Origin: Candidatus Micrarchaeota archaeon
GTDB lineage: Archaea > Micrarchaeota > Micrarchaeia > Norongarragalinales > SBBD01
Direction: 5' to 3'
Assembly: GCA_016212475.1 (NCBI GenBank)
Contig: JACRGC010000001.1
Coordinates: 9,862-73,861, forward strand
Length of the DNA: 64,000 nt
Below the pieces are notes generated by a model. That model was given only the letters and a program-made list of their open reading frames with translations. It made no database searches and was not told the origin of the DNA. A program made the position numbers and the translations under genes. Below, one piece after another: positions 27,920 through 38,035 of this stretch (within the stretch, counting starts at the first letter, position 1; each line of letters opens with the position of its first letter).

Positions 27920-28939
27920 ATGAACTCTACTTCGAATCAGATTCATTTTTCCAAGGAAGAATTGGATGCAGAAACCAACAGGCTATTTGCCTCCTTATCC
28001 CATCTTGGCTGGACTAAGGAAATCTGCCAAACGTACGCTTCCCTCACGTTGGAAATCAACTTGCTCAAAAAGGAAAAAAATGCCATAATTCTTGCGCACA
28101 ACTACCAATTGCCGGAAATCATCTTTGGAGTTTCAGATTTTGTTGGCGATTCCTACCAGCTTTCAAAGCAAGCGGCGCAAACATCAGCTGAAACAATAAT
28201 TTTTTCAGGTGTTAGGTTCATGGCAGAGACTGCAAAAATGCTCTCCCCCAAAAAGAAAGTCCTAATGCCTTCTCCTGATGCTGGCTGCTCCCTTGCCGAG
28301 TCAATTTCAGCTCAAGATGTAATCAATCTAAGAAAACAGCATCCCGATGCGGCGGTTGTCACTTACATTAATACGTACGCCGAAGTCAAAGCTGAAAGCG
28401 ATGTGATTTGCACCTCAAATAACGCACTTAAAATCATAGAATCACTTCCAAATGAAAAAATAATTTTCCTTCCCGACAAATACATGGCGCAGAATCTTGC
28501 AAAACTTACAAAAAAGCAAATTATCGGCTGGGAAGGGCTTTGCGTTGTGCACGAGGAGTTTTCACCCCAAAAATTGGAAGCTTACAGAAGGTTTTACCCT
28601 GAAGCCAAAATACTAGTCCACACCGAATGCTCCCCTGCAGTTGTAGCAATTGCCGACCTTGCGGGCGGGACTGGCGAAATGCAAAAATACGTCTCAAATT
28701 CTTCCGCAAATCAATTCATGATAGTAACGGAATGCGGGCTATCCGATAAGCTAAAGGTCGAATTCCCAAAAAAGAAATTCATCCCATCCTGCGGGCTTTG
28801 CCCGCACATGAAGCGCAATGACCTTCGCAACATCCTAAAAGCGCTCAAAAACCCCTCTTCCGATCAATTTGTCGAAATTTCCGCAGATGTTGCAAGGCGG
28901 GCGCAAAAAGCGCTTGATAAGATGCTCGAATTCGCCTAA
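27920..28939 (+). CDS. nadA: quinolinate synthase A
   Basis: Reported ORF starts at 27791. The ATG at 27920 gives 339 aa. ILAHNYQ, GVRFMAETAKML, VVTYINTYAEVKA..D..CTS, HTECSP and FIPSCGLCPHMK are NadA signatures. Confidence 0.85.
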   Translation: MNSTSNQIHFSKEELDAETNRLFASLSHLGWTKEICQTYASLTLEINLLKKEKNAIILAHNYQLPEIIFGVSDFVGDSYQLSKQAAQTSAETIIFSGVRFMAETAKMLSPKKKVLMPSPDAGCSLAESISAQDVINLRKQHPDAAVVTYINTYAEVKAESDVICTSNNALKIIESLPNEKIIFLPDKYMAQNLAKLTKKQIIGWEGLCVVHEEFSPQKLEAYRRFYPEAKILVHTECSPAVVAIADLAGGTGEMQKYVSNSSANQFMIVTECGLSDKLKVEFPKKKFIPSCGLCPHMKRNDLRNILKALKNPSSDQFVEISADVARRAQKALDKMLEFA

Positions 28940-29000
28940 AATCCGAATTGATCAGCCAGAATCCAAATTGATTATTAAGCCGTCCTCCCAAATTCCTACC

Positions 29001-30554
29001 ATGAATTCAACCAATTCCGTGAAAACCGATGTTGCCTCGAAAACCGACATCCTAGTTGCAGGCAGCGGGATTGCAGGTTTGATTTTTGCATTAAAGGCAA
29101 GCGAATTTGCCAATATTGCTCTAATCACCAAAAAAAGCGCTTCCATTTCGAACACCGCCTACGCCCAGGGCGGCATTGCAATCCCACTTGATGAAAAAGA
29201 TGAACTGCATCACATAAACGACACTTTAATTGCAGGAAGGGGCCTTTGCAACAAAAAAGCCGTTGAACTGATGGTCAAAAGTGCGCGGGGGCGCATACAT
29301 GATTTGGTCAGTTTTGGAATTCCATTTGATACCGGATCTGGGCAGTTCAAGCGATCATTGGAAGCTGGGCATACGTTCCCCCGCGTGATTTACAATTCGG
29401 ATGCAACCGGTAAAGCAATTGAAAAAACACTTGTGAATCTGGTTAGGAATAATTCCAAAATCATATTGATGGAAAATTCCCTCCTGCTTGATTTGATTGT
29501 GGCAAAAAACGGATCAGGCAAAAACGGATGCGTTGGCGCAAAAATTCTAACAAATGCCAATCAAATCCAAACCATCAATTCAAAATTCACCGTATTGGCA
29601 ACCGGCGGGCTTGGGAATATTTTCGAACACACCACAAACCCCCCTGTTGCAACAGGCGATGGCTTTGCAATTGCCAGCAGAATTGGGGCAAAAATGGGGA
29701 ACATGGAATTCGTGCAGTTCCACCCAACCAAATTGGATGTCAAATCAAATGCGCCTTTCCTAATTTCCGAAGCACTTAGAGGAGAAGGCGCGGTTTTGTT
29801 AAACTCCAAAAATGAAAAATTCATGAAAAAATACGATCAGCTAGGCGATCTTGCGCCAAGGGATGTTGTTGCGCATGCAATTTACCAAGAATCCCTGCAT
29901 GGAAAAGTTTACCTTGACATTACAAGCAAACCATTAGCTTTCCTAAAAAACCGCTTCCCAAACATTTATTCAAAATGCCTAGAATTTGGATTTGACCTCT
30001 CTAAGGATAAAATTCCAATTGTGCCAGCTGCGCATTACATGTGCGGAGGGGTCAAAACCGATCTTGATGCAAGAACCACGGTTGCAAACCTTTACGCAAT
30101 CGGCGAAGTTGCATGCACAGGCGTCCAAGGAGCCAACCGGCTAGCTTCCAATTCCCTCCTTGAAGGGATAGTGTTTTCCCACCAAGCCTGCATCGACATC
30201 AAAAAAAGGTTTTCAGGAAACAAGACTCAAAAATCAGAAATTTTCCCAACCGTTCCAAATCCGCCAATCCTTCCAAATCCCAAAACCATTCGAACCACTT
30301 CCAAAATTGTTGATTCACTGCGCATTCAAATCCAAAAAATCATGTGGGAAAAAGTTGGGGTTGTTAGGAAAACTTCCCAGTTGATAATTGCAATCAATGA
30401 TCTTGAAAAAATTGAAAAATCCCTCAAGGTAATTTCAAAAAAAGGGATGAATTATCCCCTTGCAGAAACCCTCAACATGGCGCAAACATCCCTTCTAGTT
30501 GCCAACGCTGCCCTTAGGCGAAAAAAGAGCCTTGGCTGCCATTATATTGAATAA
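29001..30554 (+). CDS. nadB: L-aspartate oxidase
   Basis: ATG at 29001 (MNSTNSVKTDVASKTDILVAGSGIAGL), downstream of the nadA stop. FAD-binding GSGIAGL, AQGGIA, and C-terminal flavoprotein motifs HYMCGGV and GEVACTGVQGANRLASNSLLE. Confidence 0.85.
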   Translation: MNSTNSVKTDVASKTDILVAGSGIAGLIFALKASEFANIALITKKSASISNTAYAQGGIAIPLDEKDELHHINDTLIAGRGLCNKKAVELMVKSARGRIHDLVSFGIPFDTGSGQFKRSLEAGHTFPRVIYNSDATGKAIEKTLVNLVRNNSKIILMENSLLLDLIVAKNGSGKNGCVGAKILTNANQIQTINSKFTVLATGGLGNIFEHTTNPPVATGDGFAIASRIGAKMGNMEFVQFHPTKLDVKSNAPFLISEALRGEGAVLLNSKNEKFMKKYDQLGDLAPRDVVAHAIYQESLHGKVYLDITSKPLAFLKNRFPNIYSKCLEFGFDLSKDKIPIVPAAHYMCGGVKTDLDARTTVANLYAIGEVACTGVQGANRLASNSLLEGIVFSHQACIDIKKRFSGNKTQKSEIFPTVPNPPILPNPKTIRTTSKIVDSLRIQIQKIMWEKVGVVRKTSQLIIAINDLEKIEKSLKVISKKGMNYPLAETLNMAQTSLLVANAALRRKKSLGCHYIE

Positions 30555-30598
30555 ATTAGTTGATTTAGATTTTTGATTAGAAACGAATTTTCAGGATC

Positions 30599-33500
30599 TT
30601 ATCTTATTCTCCTAATCCTAACTGCAAACACTCCTACCACTATAGCCCCAAGCATCAGTGCGAATGCCAAATAGTTGTTTTCTGGAAAAGATGGAATTGA
30701 AATTGGCGAACTGTATGGGTCGTAACTGCTTCCTTTCCTTGGGTATGTAAGCAAGTTATCCGCAGGCAATCCCCGTGTTCCATCCGGCGTATTGTATAAG
30801 CTAAGCCCCCTTTTTGCAAATTCATCATTCCATGGGATATCCTGCCCATTAAGGGCGTACCATAGGCCAGTTCTTGGATCAAATGCAATCATGCCTCCAG
30901 GGCCCTTTGCAGCAAGAAGCGTTGCAAGCAGTTCCTTGAATCCATCGGGGCCTTGCGCGGATAATTTAGGCACCCCGTTTTGCATATCGAGGGTGAATTT
31001 GAAATCTCCCTTGTCGGTTGGGATGATGATATCGTTGCCCTCCTTTCTAAGCGGCCCGGTAATTTGGAACTCTTTCTTTTCGCCGGTTGTCTTATCGTAA
31101 ACCGTTAATGTTTGCTTGCCATTTTCATCCGTTCCAATTGTGTACCTATATTTATCCGTTTCAAATACCTGCATTCCTCCCACTTTCCCATTTGCATCCG
31201 TTTGGATTTTCTTTAGGGCATCGTTTAATTCCTTTGCAGCTGCTTCCCCTCCAATTTTGGGTTGAGCATTATCAAGAGCAATTGCCGGCACATCCTTCCC
31301 ATTCTGGTCCGTATTCTTGGTAACTTTTGTCCCAAATCCTGAAATCGAATCAAGCGGCTTGACTTTTGATAGCACGTATAGCGCAACAACCAATCTTCCT
31401 CCGGCTTCATCCAGCTCGATTTTCCCATTTTCCGTAATGATTGTCAATAGCTTTCCAGCATCAATTTCATCCCTGCTGTTTGCATCTTTGATGTATCCTT
31501 TGATTGTCACATCCCCATTGCCCTTTATTGAAACAAAATTTCCAAGCAGGCTCTCCAGCTTCTTTTCCTCAAGGGCTGCCAAACTTGGCGCCTGTATTTC
31601 CCCGCTTTCATCCTCATCATCAGTAATGCTTTGCAAGAATCTGATTTTCCCATCGTTTGCAGTGATCCTTCCCTTGTCCGTGTAAATTGCGCGCACTTCC
31701 CCAAATCCGGAAGCCGTAAGATCCGAAGTAATATCTGGCTTAAGTGATTTTAGTTGCGTTCTTAGGCATTTGATTGTATCGCACGAATCATCCAAAATGA
31801 GAAGGTTTCCTCCGGTTCTTCCATTTGTCAGGCTTGGTTCAATTCTTAGCATTTCCCTATCATAGCACGCATTATCCAGCCCGGCGGTTATGATCTTATT
31901 TGGAATTAGCGTGCGCGCAAGATCTTGCATCAATAGGCTCATCAAGCCGCGGTCTTTATTTTGCGAAAGCTTGATTGCCTTTCCGGTTTTCTTATCCGTA
32001 TATGTGACTCCGGTTTCATCAACGCAAACAAACCCATCCTTCGAATCATGGCATTCCCTAAAGCATCCGTTGGCCTTTAGTTTATTGTAAACCCCAAACC
32101 ATTGCGAAGTTGCACCGTCCAAATGGATGTAATAAATTTCATACGGATTGAGTTGCCCATATGGATCGTCCATGTAAGCTCGCAAATTAAGCAGTTCCGT
32201 AAGCGATTTCTCCTCGACCTTTTGCCCAATCCCTCCAAGCGCGGATGTAAGGTTTAATTTCCCCCCCAAATCAATTTTCCCAAGCTGGTTGAACTTCTGA
32301 TCCAGATTTTGCCCGGCAACCGAATTGGAAAGCTTTTGGTAGCCCAATATTTTGTAACTCGTATCCTTGCAAAGCGAAACATAACGAAAGCCATTGCTTG
32401 CAACAACCTGCTTTCCTAGCTGGATTGGATCCAATAAGACAACTGCTTTGTAAAGGTTTGAAACAGCGTTTTCCATTGTTGAATATTTAAGTTCGGGGCC
32501 TTTAGGCAATTTCAATTCGGATAATTTTTTTGACTCTGTGACAATTTCCGACGCTATTTCATCATAATTATCCCCCGCCACCTTTACTTGGTTTTCAAGT
32601 TGTTTTAAAAGAGTCGGATTATTGATTCCTTCAGCCTCTCTTAGGGATTTAATTGCATATAATCTTTCAGTTAGTGCTGTTGTAGACTTGGTTCGAAGCT
32701 CCCCAATTTCGGTATTTAACTTGATAATCTGATCCTTGTTTGCCGTACTGAAGAAATTTTCAAATTTCGTTCCCTTCGCGTTTTTGCTGGCAAAATTATT
32801 TACAAATTTTGCCTTGAAAGTCCCTCCCAAAACCTCAAGCAAACTTTTTGATGGGAATAAGACGGTGCTACTGGAATCAATAATTGAAACTGCTGTAAAT
32901 ATCCTATAATAATTAAGAAAACTATCTACCTCCTTCTCATCGCAAAGTTCATCCTTGCTAAACCTGACCGGATCAACAAAACGGGTAACAACAAAATCAA
33001 ATGTTCCGGATCTAATCAATGCTGAAACAGGTCCGGTTAGATATTGCATGTCGGCCCTCCTGTAAATTACGAAGTTTACTAGTGGAGCTAAAACGGCAAT
33101 CCCTTGGTAATATTTTGCAAATTCCTCGCTATTCTTAATTGTTGTTCCAAGTTCCAAATTATTGCTATTCAATGCAAAGCTCGTGTATTCGCTGTTTTTC
33201 CTAATATCCTCAAATAGCGAATTTTCAGATCTTCCCTTCCAATCCATTTTTATTTGCCATCCGCTTCCATCTGTTTCAAAGCTAGTTGAACTTTCAGAAA
33301 TTTGCGCATCCGGTGTTGTATCTCTTGTCAGGAACATCACATTGCCGGTTTCAAAAGCCTTTGTTGGCGCTCCAGCTTCCATCAGATCGGACGCCCAATC
33401 CGTGATTTTCCCGGTTCCAAAGAAATCCGTTGCCCTCCTAAAATCAGTCAAGAAATTATTGTTGTTTACATAAATTTGCATGTAATTATCCTTCAATTTC

Positions 33501-34882
33501 TTATCCGATGTTACAAGGGACGAGAACAGAATTTGATTTGAGGCCGAAAGCGCAATTCTTGCAGCTCCCATCCAACCCGCCCCATACAATGCAATTGCAA
33601 CCGGCTTCCATTTATGCACGGATGTTTCAAAATCAATTTGCCTCATGAGTTTTTCATTTTCTTCAATTCGGGAATCAAGCAAAAGCTGCCGTGCCCTAAT
33701 TTCTTCCAACCTTGGGCTATCTCCAATACCTCCCGAAGCTCCCTTCAACCTCTCAAACGAATCCTTGCTATCTTGAATTTCACGCTTAATTCCATTTACT
33801 CCCTCCCTTGCAAACAATATTGAAGCAGCTCCGGCAAGTGATGCCCATTCCTCATAAGTTGACCATTGCCCAACTGTTGTAACATATCTTTCATACATTT
33901 TAGGAACCAGCATGGATCCGGCATAATTGTTAAGGGCAGCCGTAGTTTGCTTAGCTGTCAAATGCTGCTGCGCCTTTACAGTAGTTTTGCTCTGGTCAAA
34001 CCCGACGAACAAATCCTTGTTAAGAAGCGCATTGAATGTGACTTTTCCTTGGATGAAGCTTCGATCAAGCAGGCAAGAGTTTTCCTTTTCCTGCGGCTGG
34101 ACTTTCATCAAATCCGAAAGTGCAACACTTTTCCCTTCCGGAAGCACGACTTTGAAGTTTTCATATGGCGCTTTTGGAATTTCGCCTGCTGATGAAATCC
34201 CAAGCAGTTTTGAAAGCTTATCCGCACCTCCTGGCAATCTTGTTGAAACCGCTTTTACCTGCTCAAGTGTCATCAATCCCGAATCCTTGTCAATATTGTA
34301 TTCCTTTGCTAGATCTTCGCGCTGTTTTTCATCATATTCAAGCAAACCGGCAATATCCTTGATTGGATACCTTGGCTGGTCGGCCAAATTGATGTTGATA
34401 TTGATATTTTGGGCATTCTTATCCAACGGATCGTTTTTCCTAAGCGCTGCGTTGTTCAAAGTTGAAATCTGCTCTGCTTGGAAATTAGAAAGCCCTTGCT
34501 GATACCTTGCTACTTCAGCTGCGTCCATTACGGCAAGCGAGCAAGTGCCTTCGTATGTGACTTCAGGCTTAACTGTAGCAGCAGCTTCCGCTTCGGCAAA
34601 AAGCAGTTTTTGGGCAAGTGGCTTTTTGGCAACAAGAAGTTTTTGCGCAGGAGGGTTTTTTGGATCAAATGGCTTTGCATCCAAGTTTTGCTGGCTTTTC
34701 CCATCCAAAACGCCCGAATCATCATACAAATTATAATAGCTTGAAGCAAATGCAAGCGGCGAAAATAGCTCAATTAGGAAGAAGGCAAATATTGCAATTG
34801 AAAATAGCTGGGAATTTCCTTTGCTCATATGGGAAAATATTGTTTCCGCTAACTTAAAAACGTTATTCAGCGGCATTTGCAT
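30599..34882 (-). CDS. giant (1427 aa) surface protein with N-terminal signal/TM and C-terminal TM anchor
   Basis: N-terminal hydrophobic segment (LFSIAIFAFFLIELFSPLAFA) and C-terminal ...PSFPENNYLAFALMLGAIVVGVFAVRIRRIR (TM plus basic tail, an archaeal sorting-signal-like C-terminus). No catalytic motif recognised. Confidence 0.6.
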   Translation of the reverse strand: MQMPLNNVFKLAETIFSHMSKGNSQLFSIAIFAFFLIELFSPLAFASSYYNLYDDSGVLDGKSQQNLDAKPFDPKNPPAQKLLVAKKPLAQKLLFAEAEAAATVKPEVTYEGTCSLAVMDAAEVARYQQGLSNFQAEQISTLNNAALRKNDPLDKNAQNINININLADQPRYPIKDIAGLLEYDEKQREDLAKEYNIDKDSGLMTLEQVKAVSTRLPGGADKLSKLLGISSAGEIPKAPYENFKVVLPEGKSVALSDLMKVQPQEKENSCLLDRSFIQGKVTFNALLNKDLFVGFDQSKTTVKAQQHLTAKQTTAALNNYAGSMLVPKMYERYVTTVGQWSTYEEWASLAGAASILFAREGVNGIKREIQDSKDSFERLKGASGGIGDSPRLEEIRARQLLLDSRIEENEKLMRQIDFETSVHKWKPVAIALYGAGWMGAARIALSASNQILFSSLVTSDKKLKDNYMQIYVNNNNFLTDFRRATDFFGTGKITDWASDLMEAGAPTKAFETGNVMFLTRDTTPDAQISESSTSFETDGSGWQIKMDWKGRSENSLFEDIRKNSEYTSFALNSNNLELGTTIKNSEEFAKYYQGIAVLAPLVNFVIYRRADMQYLTGPVSALIRSGTFDFVVTRFVDPVRFSKDELCDEKEVDSFLNYYRIFTAVSIIDSSSTVLFPSKSLLEVLGGTFKAKFVNNFASKNAKGTKFENFFSTANKDQIIKLNTEIGELRTKSTTALTERLYAIKSLREAEGINNPTLLKQLENQVKVAGDNYDEIASEIVTESKKLSELKLPKGPELKYSTMENAVSNLYKAVVLLDPIQLGKQVVASNGFRYVSLCKDTSYKILGYQKLSNSVAGQNLDQKFNQLGKIDLGGKLNLTSALGGIGQKVEEKSLTELLNLRAYMDDPYGQLNPYEIYYIHLDGATSQWFGVYNKLKANGCFRECHDSKDGFVCVDETGVTYTDKKTGKAIKLSQNKDRGLMSLLMQDLARTLIPNKIITAGLDNACYDREMLRIEPSLTNGRTGGNLLILDDSCDTIKCLRTQLKSLKPDITSDLTASGFGEVRAIYTDKGRITANDGKIRFLQSITDDEDESGEIQAPSLAALEEKKLESLLGNFVSIKGNGDVTIKGYIKDANSRDEIDAGKLLTIITENGKIELDEAGGRLVVALYVLSKVKPLDSISGFGTKVTKNTDQNGKDVPAIALDNAQPKIGGEAAAKELNDALKKIQTDANGKVGGMQVFETDKYRYTIGTDENGKQTLTVYDKTTGEKKEFQITGPLRKEGNDIIIPTDKGDFKFTLDMQNGVPKLSAQGPDGFKELLATLLAAKGPGGMIAFDPRTGLWYALNGQDIPWNDEFAKRGLSLYNTPDGTRGLPADNLLTYPRKGSSYDPYSSPISIPSFPENNYLAFALMLGAIVVGVFAVRIRRIR

Positions 34883-35038
34883 GGAAAAGGACTTTTTAGG
34901 CGGGTTTTTTTGGTTTTTTTCGAATTTGTCTGCCGTTTATTTGGCTCTTCCCAATCTAGAAAACCATTTATAATTCTTCCCTCCCTTACCTATATCCCTG
35001 ATTGTTTAATTTTTCTAAATATATGGGTGAGTGGGATT

Positions 35039-36121
35039 ATGGAAAACATAGTATCTGATGCATTAAGGCACTCTTCTAAGAAAATAGAAGGCGAAGAATA
35101 TTTTGAAACCCCAAGGATCATGGTTATTGGATCCGGAGGCGGAGGATGCAATTCAGTTAACAGATTGGCCAGGCAAGGAATCAAGGGCGCTGAAATGGTT
35201 GCTATCAATACCGACAGGATGCATTTAACTATGATCAACGAATCCGTTAAGAAGATTCTAATCGGAGCTTCAATTACAAGGGGCCTTGGAGCTGGAGGAT
35301 ACCCAGAAGTTGGGGCCAAATGCGCGGATGTTTCACGTGACGCACTTGAAAAACTCCTCTCTGGAGCAGATCTAATTTTCTTAACTGCTGGAATGGGCGG
35401 AGGGACCGGAACCGGTTCAGCGCCAATCATTGCAGAAATTGCCAAAAAGCAAGGGGCAATTGTAATTGCAATCGTAACCTACCCATTTGCACTTGAACGG
35501 GCAAGGCTTGAAAAGGCGGATTCTGGAATTGAAGCACTCAAAGCGCAGGCGGATACAATTATCGTAATTGATAACAACCGACTAGTGCAAATCGTGCCAA
35601 ACCTTCCAATTGATCAGGCATTCAACGTTGCTGATGAAATCATTGCAAGAGCAGTTCGCGGAATTACAGAAACCATCACAACTCCTTCTTTAATCAATTT
35701 GGATTTTGCTGATGTTCGCGCTATCATGAGCAACGGAGGAGTTTCCATGATCGCAGTTGGAGAAGCAAAAGGAACCGGAAGGGCGGAGGAAGTTGTTGGC
35801 AACACACTTAATCATGCGCTTTTGGATGTGGATTTCACCGGTGCAACCGGAGTTCTATTGCATATAACCGGAGGGCCGGATATGACCCTTGGGGAGTGCA
35901 ACATGGTTGGAACTGCTTTGACTGAAAAGGTCGATGCAAATGCAACTGTCATCTGGGGGGCAAGATTAGACCCGGCATTTGAAGGTAAAATTGAAGCAAT
36001 TGCAATTTTCACCGGAATCCAATCGCCCTACCTTCTTGGAAAATCCCAAAACCAAAACCAGAAATCCTCCGGAAGGATGGGATCGGGTTCAAGAAGTGTT
36101 GACGAGATAGAGTTCATTTAA
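35039..36121 (+). CDS. ftsZ: cell division GTPase FtsZ
   Basis: ATG at 35039 (MENIVSD...). Reported ORF starts at 34877 and overlaps the divergent neighbour. IMVIGSGGGGCNSVNRL, tubulin signature LTAGMGGGTGTGSAP, NTD... Confidence 0.9.
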   Translation: MENIVSDALRHSSKKIEGEEYFETPRIMVIGSGGGGCNSVNRLARQGIKGAEMVAINTDRMHLTMINESVKKILIGASITRGLGAGGYPEVGAKCADVSRDALEKLLSGADLIFLTAGMGGGTGTGSAPIIAEIAKKQGAIVIAIVTYPFALERARLEKADSGIEALKAQADTIIVIDNNRLVQIVPNLPIDQAFNVADEIIARAVRGITETITTPSLINLDFADVRAIMSNGGVSMIAVGEAKGTGRAEEVVGNTLNHALLDVDFTGATGVLLHITGGPDMTLGECNMVGTALTEKVDANATVIWGARLDPAFEGKIEAIAIFTGIQSPYLLGKSQNQNQKSSGRMGSGSRSVDEIEFI

Positions 36122-36123
36122 GG

Positions 36124-36152
36124 GCTCTTTTCTTTTTCTTTTATTTTTTTAG
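36124..36152 (+). terminator. T-rich tract after ftsZ (archaeal terminator-like)
   Basis: ggctcttttctttttcttttattttttt immediately 3' of the ftsZ stop. Confidence 0.3.
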
Positions 36153-36228
36153 CATTAGCGTAGCCTCCTTTCAAATTGCCTTATTCTTAAATCGCGTCTC
36201 CTTTCCTGGCTAATTTTCAAAACAAACC

Positions 36229-36262
36229 TATAAATAGTGGTTTAATGCATAGATAATGCATA
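36229..36262 (+). promoter_or_regulatory. TATA-like box (tataaata) followed by direct repeat aatgcata-gat-aatgcata overlapping the first ATG of the RHH gene
   Basis: Putative promoter/operator of the RHH-RelE pair. It implies the real start is ATG 36268 or 36280. Confidence 0.4.
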
Positions 36263-36279
36263 AACAGATGGTGATTAGC

Positions 36280-36528
36280 ATGCGAACTACGCTGGAATTC
36301 AGGGGGTTGCCGGAGATTATTTTGGAAAAAGCTGTCGATCTGGGCCTTGCAAGGTCTAAAACGGATGCACTACGAATGGGAATTTTCTCATTAAACAAAG
36401 AATACAGCCTGATCAAGGATGTTGAAATGGAAATGGCAAGTCGGAAATTGCAACAGGAAGAAAAGCACATGAAGCGTACTCCAGAAAAGTATTTAAGCGA
36501 AAAAAAAGCGCTATCTAAGTATAGATAG
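36280..36528 (+). CDS. ribbon-helix-helix (CopG-like) antitoxin
   Basis: Reported ORF starts at 36256. MRTTLEFRGLPEIILEKAVDLGLARSKTDALRMGI is an RHH fold. A RelE/ParE-like gene follows 3 nt downstream. Confidence 0.5.
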   Translation: MRTTLEFRGLPEIILEKAVDLGLARSKTDALRMGIFSLNKEYSLIKDVEMEMASRKLQQEEKHMKRTPEKYLSEKKALSKYR

Positions 36529-36531
36529 CAT

Positions 36532-36807
36532 ATGGAACTAAAAAATTGGCGGTTAGAATTCCGCATTGGCTGGGATTTGCATTTCAAGGAATTTGATAAA
36601 TCCGTAAGAGATGGGATTATCAAGAAATTTGACCAGATGAAATCGCCAATAGTTGGGAGGGGTTTGCATTCCTCGAGGTATTTGGTTGAAGAGGTTGGGG
36701 GATACCGGATAGCTTACATCGCAGATGAACTGACCAACACCAAAAAAATACATTTTGTTGGGAATCATAAGCAATATGAGCAATGGTATTCAAGCCTTGG
36801 GCAATGA
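36532..36807 (+). CDS. RelE/ParE-family toxin
   Basis: 91 aa. W...F...F.KEF..., GGYRIAYIADELTNTKKIHFVGNHKQYEQWY matches the RelE/ParE core (G-x-YRi-Y-...-i-vl-ig-HR.d-Y). Confidence 0.6.
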   Translation: MELKNWRLEFRIGWDLHFKEFDKSVRDGIIKKFDQMKSPIVGRGLHSSRYLVEEVGGYRIAYIADELTNTKKIHFVGNHKQYEQWYSSLGQ

Positions 36808-37455
36808 AGTTAACATTATTTTTGCAAATTCCAAAAGCGTTTTTACCCTTTTTCCTTCTTCTATTTTATGTTCAATCCCTTTTCCCCGATCCAGAAAATA
36901 AGCATCAATTCCTAGTGTTTTTGGAGCTAGATAATCCGGTTCAAAACTATCCCCAATATGCGTCAAATCTTTTGGTGATATTTTAAGTACCTTGCAAATC
37001 CGGATATACCCTTCCGGATCTGATTTGACCATCCCAAAATCTGTTGTGATTGAATATATCCGATCAAAATATTTCTTAAGCCCTTCAACTTCGATTTTGA
37101 ATTTGATGAATTCCCGCGTTGCATTTGAAATTACAATCAATCTGTACTTTTTTTTTAGCAATTTTAAGGCTGGCAACGTATCCGGATACAATTTGATCAA
37201 ATGCTTGCTATTCCCCAAAAGCTTGTCGTATTCTTCTCCAAGCCCAAATTCCAAAAACCAGTGCTTGATGTCAAACCACTTAAGATTTCCATCGCCCAAT
37301 AATTTGTAGGCGGTATAAACAGCTGATTTTGCCTCTTCCAAGCCTAATTTGTGCCTTTTTGCGTAAAGCTTTGGAATCTCCTGCATCCAAATAGTCTGCT
37401 CAAAATTAAGGTCTGCAAGCGTACCATCCAAATCAAAGGAGATTGTTTTTTTCAT
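36790..37455 (-). CDS. HAD-superfamily hydrolase
   Basis: ATG at 37455 (MKKTISFDLDGTL, motif I DxDGT). ISNATRE and GDS.EPD downstream give motifs II-IV. Confidence 0.7.
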   Translation of the reverse strand: MKKTISFDLDGTLADLNFEQTIWMQEIPKLYAKRHKLGLEEAKSAVYTAYKLLGDGNLKWFDIKHWFLEFGLGEEYDKLLGNSKHLIKLYPDTLPALKLLKKKYRLIVISNATREFIKFKIEVEGLKKYFDRIYSITTDFGMVKSDPEGYIRICKVLKISPKDLTHIGDSFEPDYLAPKTLGIDAYFLDRGKGIEHKIEEGKRVKTLLEFAKIMLTSLPKA

Positions 37456-37496
37456 AGCAAAGTTTTCACTAGCCAAAATAATAAACCTATAAGAAA

Positions 37497-37991
37497 TCAG
37501 AACTTGAATTCCTTTTCAGCGTAAACCTTCTCGCAGAAGTTGCATTGGAGCTTGAGCGGATTCCTCTCCTTGATATGAAGCTTTGGATTCCCTTCCTTGT
37601 TTGATATGCAATTAGGGTTTGGGCAATGGATTACCCCTTCCAAAACCTCCGGAAGCTTGACTTTGTACTTTTCAATTACCGTGTAATCGCGAATCACATT
37701 GATTGTTGCATATGGGGCGACAAGTGCAACTTTTTCCAAATCGCTTTTTGTCAAACTCCTCCCTTCAATTTTAATCACATCTTTTAGACCGGTTGAAGCG
37801 GAAGGGACGTTGATCAGAACAGAAACCGTCCCCTTGAAATCCTCATCAATCCCAAGGACAGTTAAGAGTTTGACTGCGGACCCCTGCGGAACATGGTCAA
37901 TTACAATCCCATTCTCGATTTTCTTGACTTTAAGCATGTCCTTGTCTTTTGCTTTCATATCATTGCGCCTTTTTTTATTTTTATTTGCCAA
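37497..37991 (-). CDS. pyrI: aspartate carbamoyltransferase regulatory subunit
   Basis: IENGIVIDHVPQGSAVKLL... and C-terminal Zn domain CPNPNCIS...CNFCEKVY. Confidence 0.85.
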   Translation of the reverse strand: MANKNKKRRNDMKAKDKDMLKVKKIENGIVIDHVPQGSAVKLLTVLGIDEDFKGTVSVLINVPSASTGLKDVIKIEGRSLTKSDLEKVALVAPYATINVIRDYTVIEKYKVKLPEVLEGVIHCPNPNCISNKEGNPKLHIKERNPLKLQCNFCEKVYAEKEFKF

Positions 37992-38035
37992 CGTTTTTCA
38001 AAATCTATTTTTCATGAATTTACGCATTCCCAATT

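Noticed and set aside
34877-35038. N-terminal 54 codons of the reported FtsZ ORF
   Set aside because: The extension overlaps the divergent 1427-aa gene start and has no FtsZ homology. The start was moved to ATG 35039.
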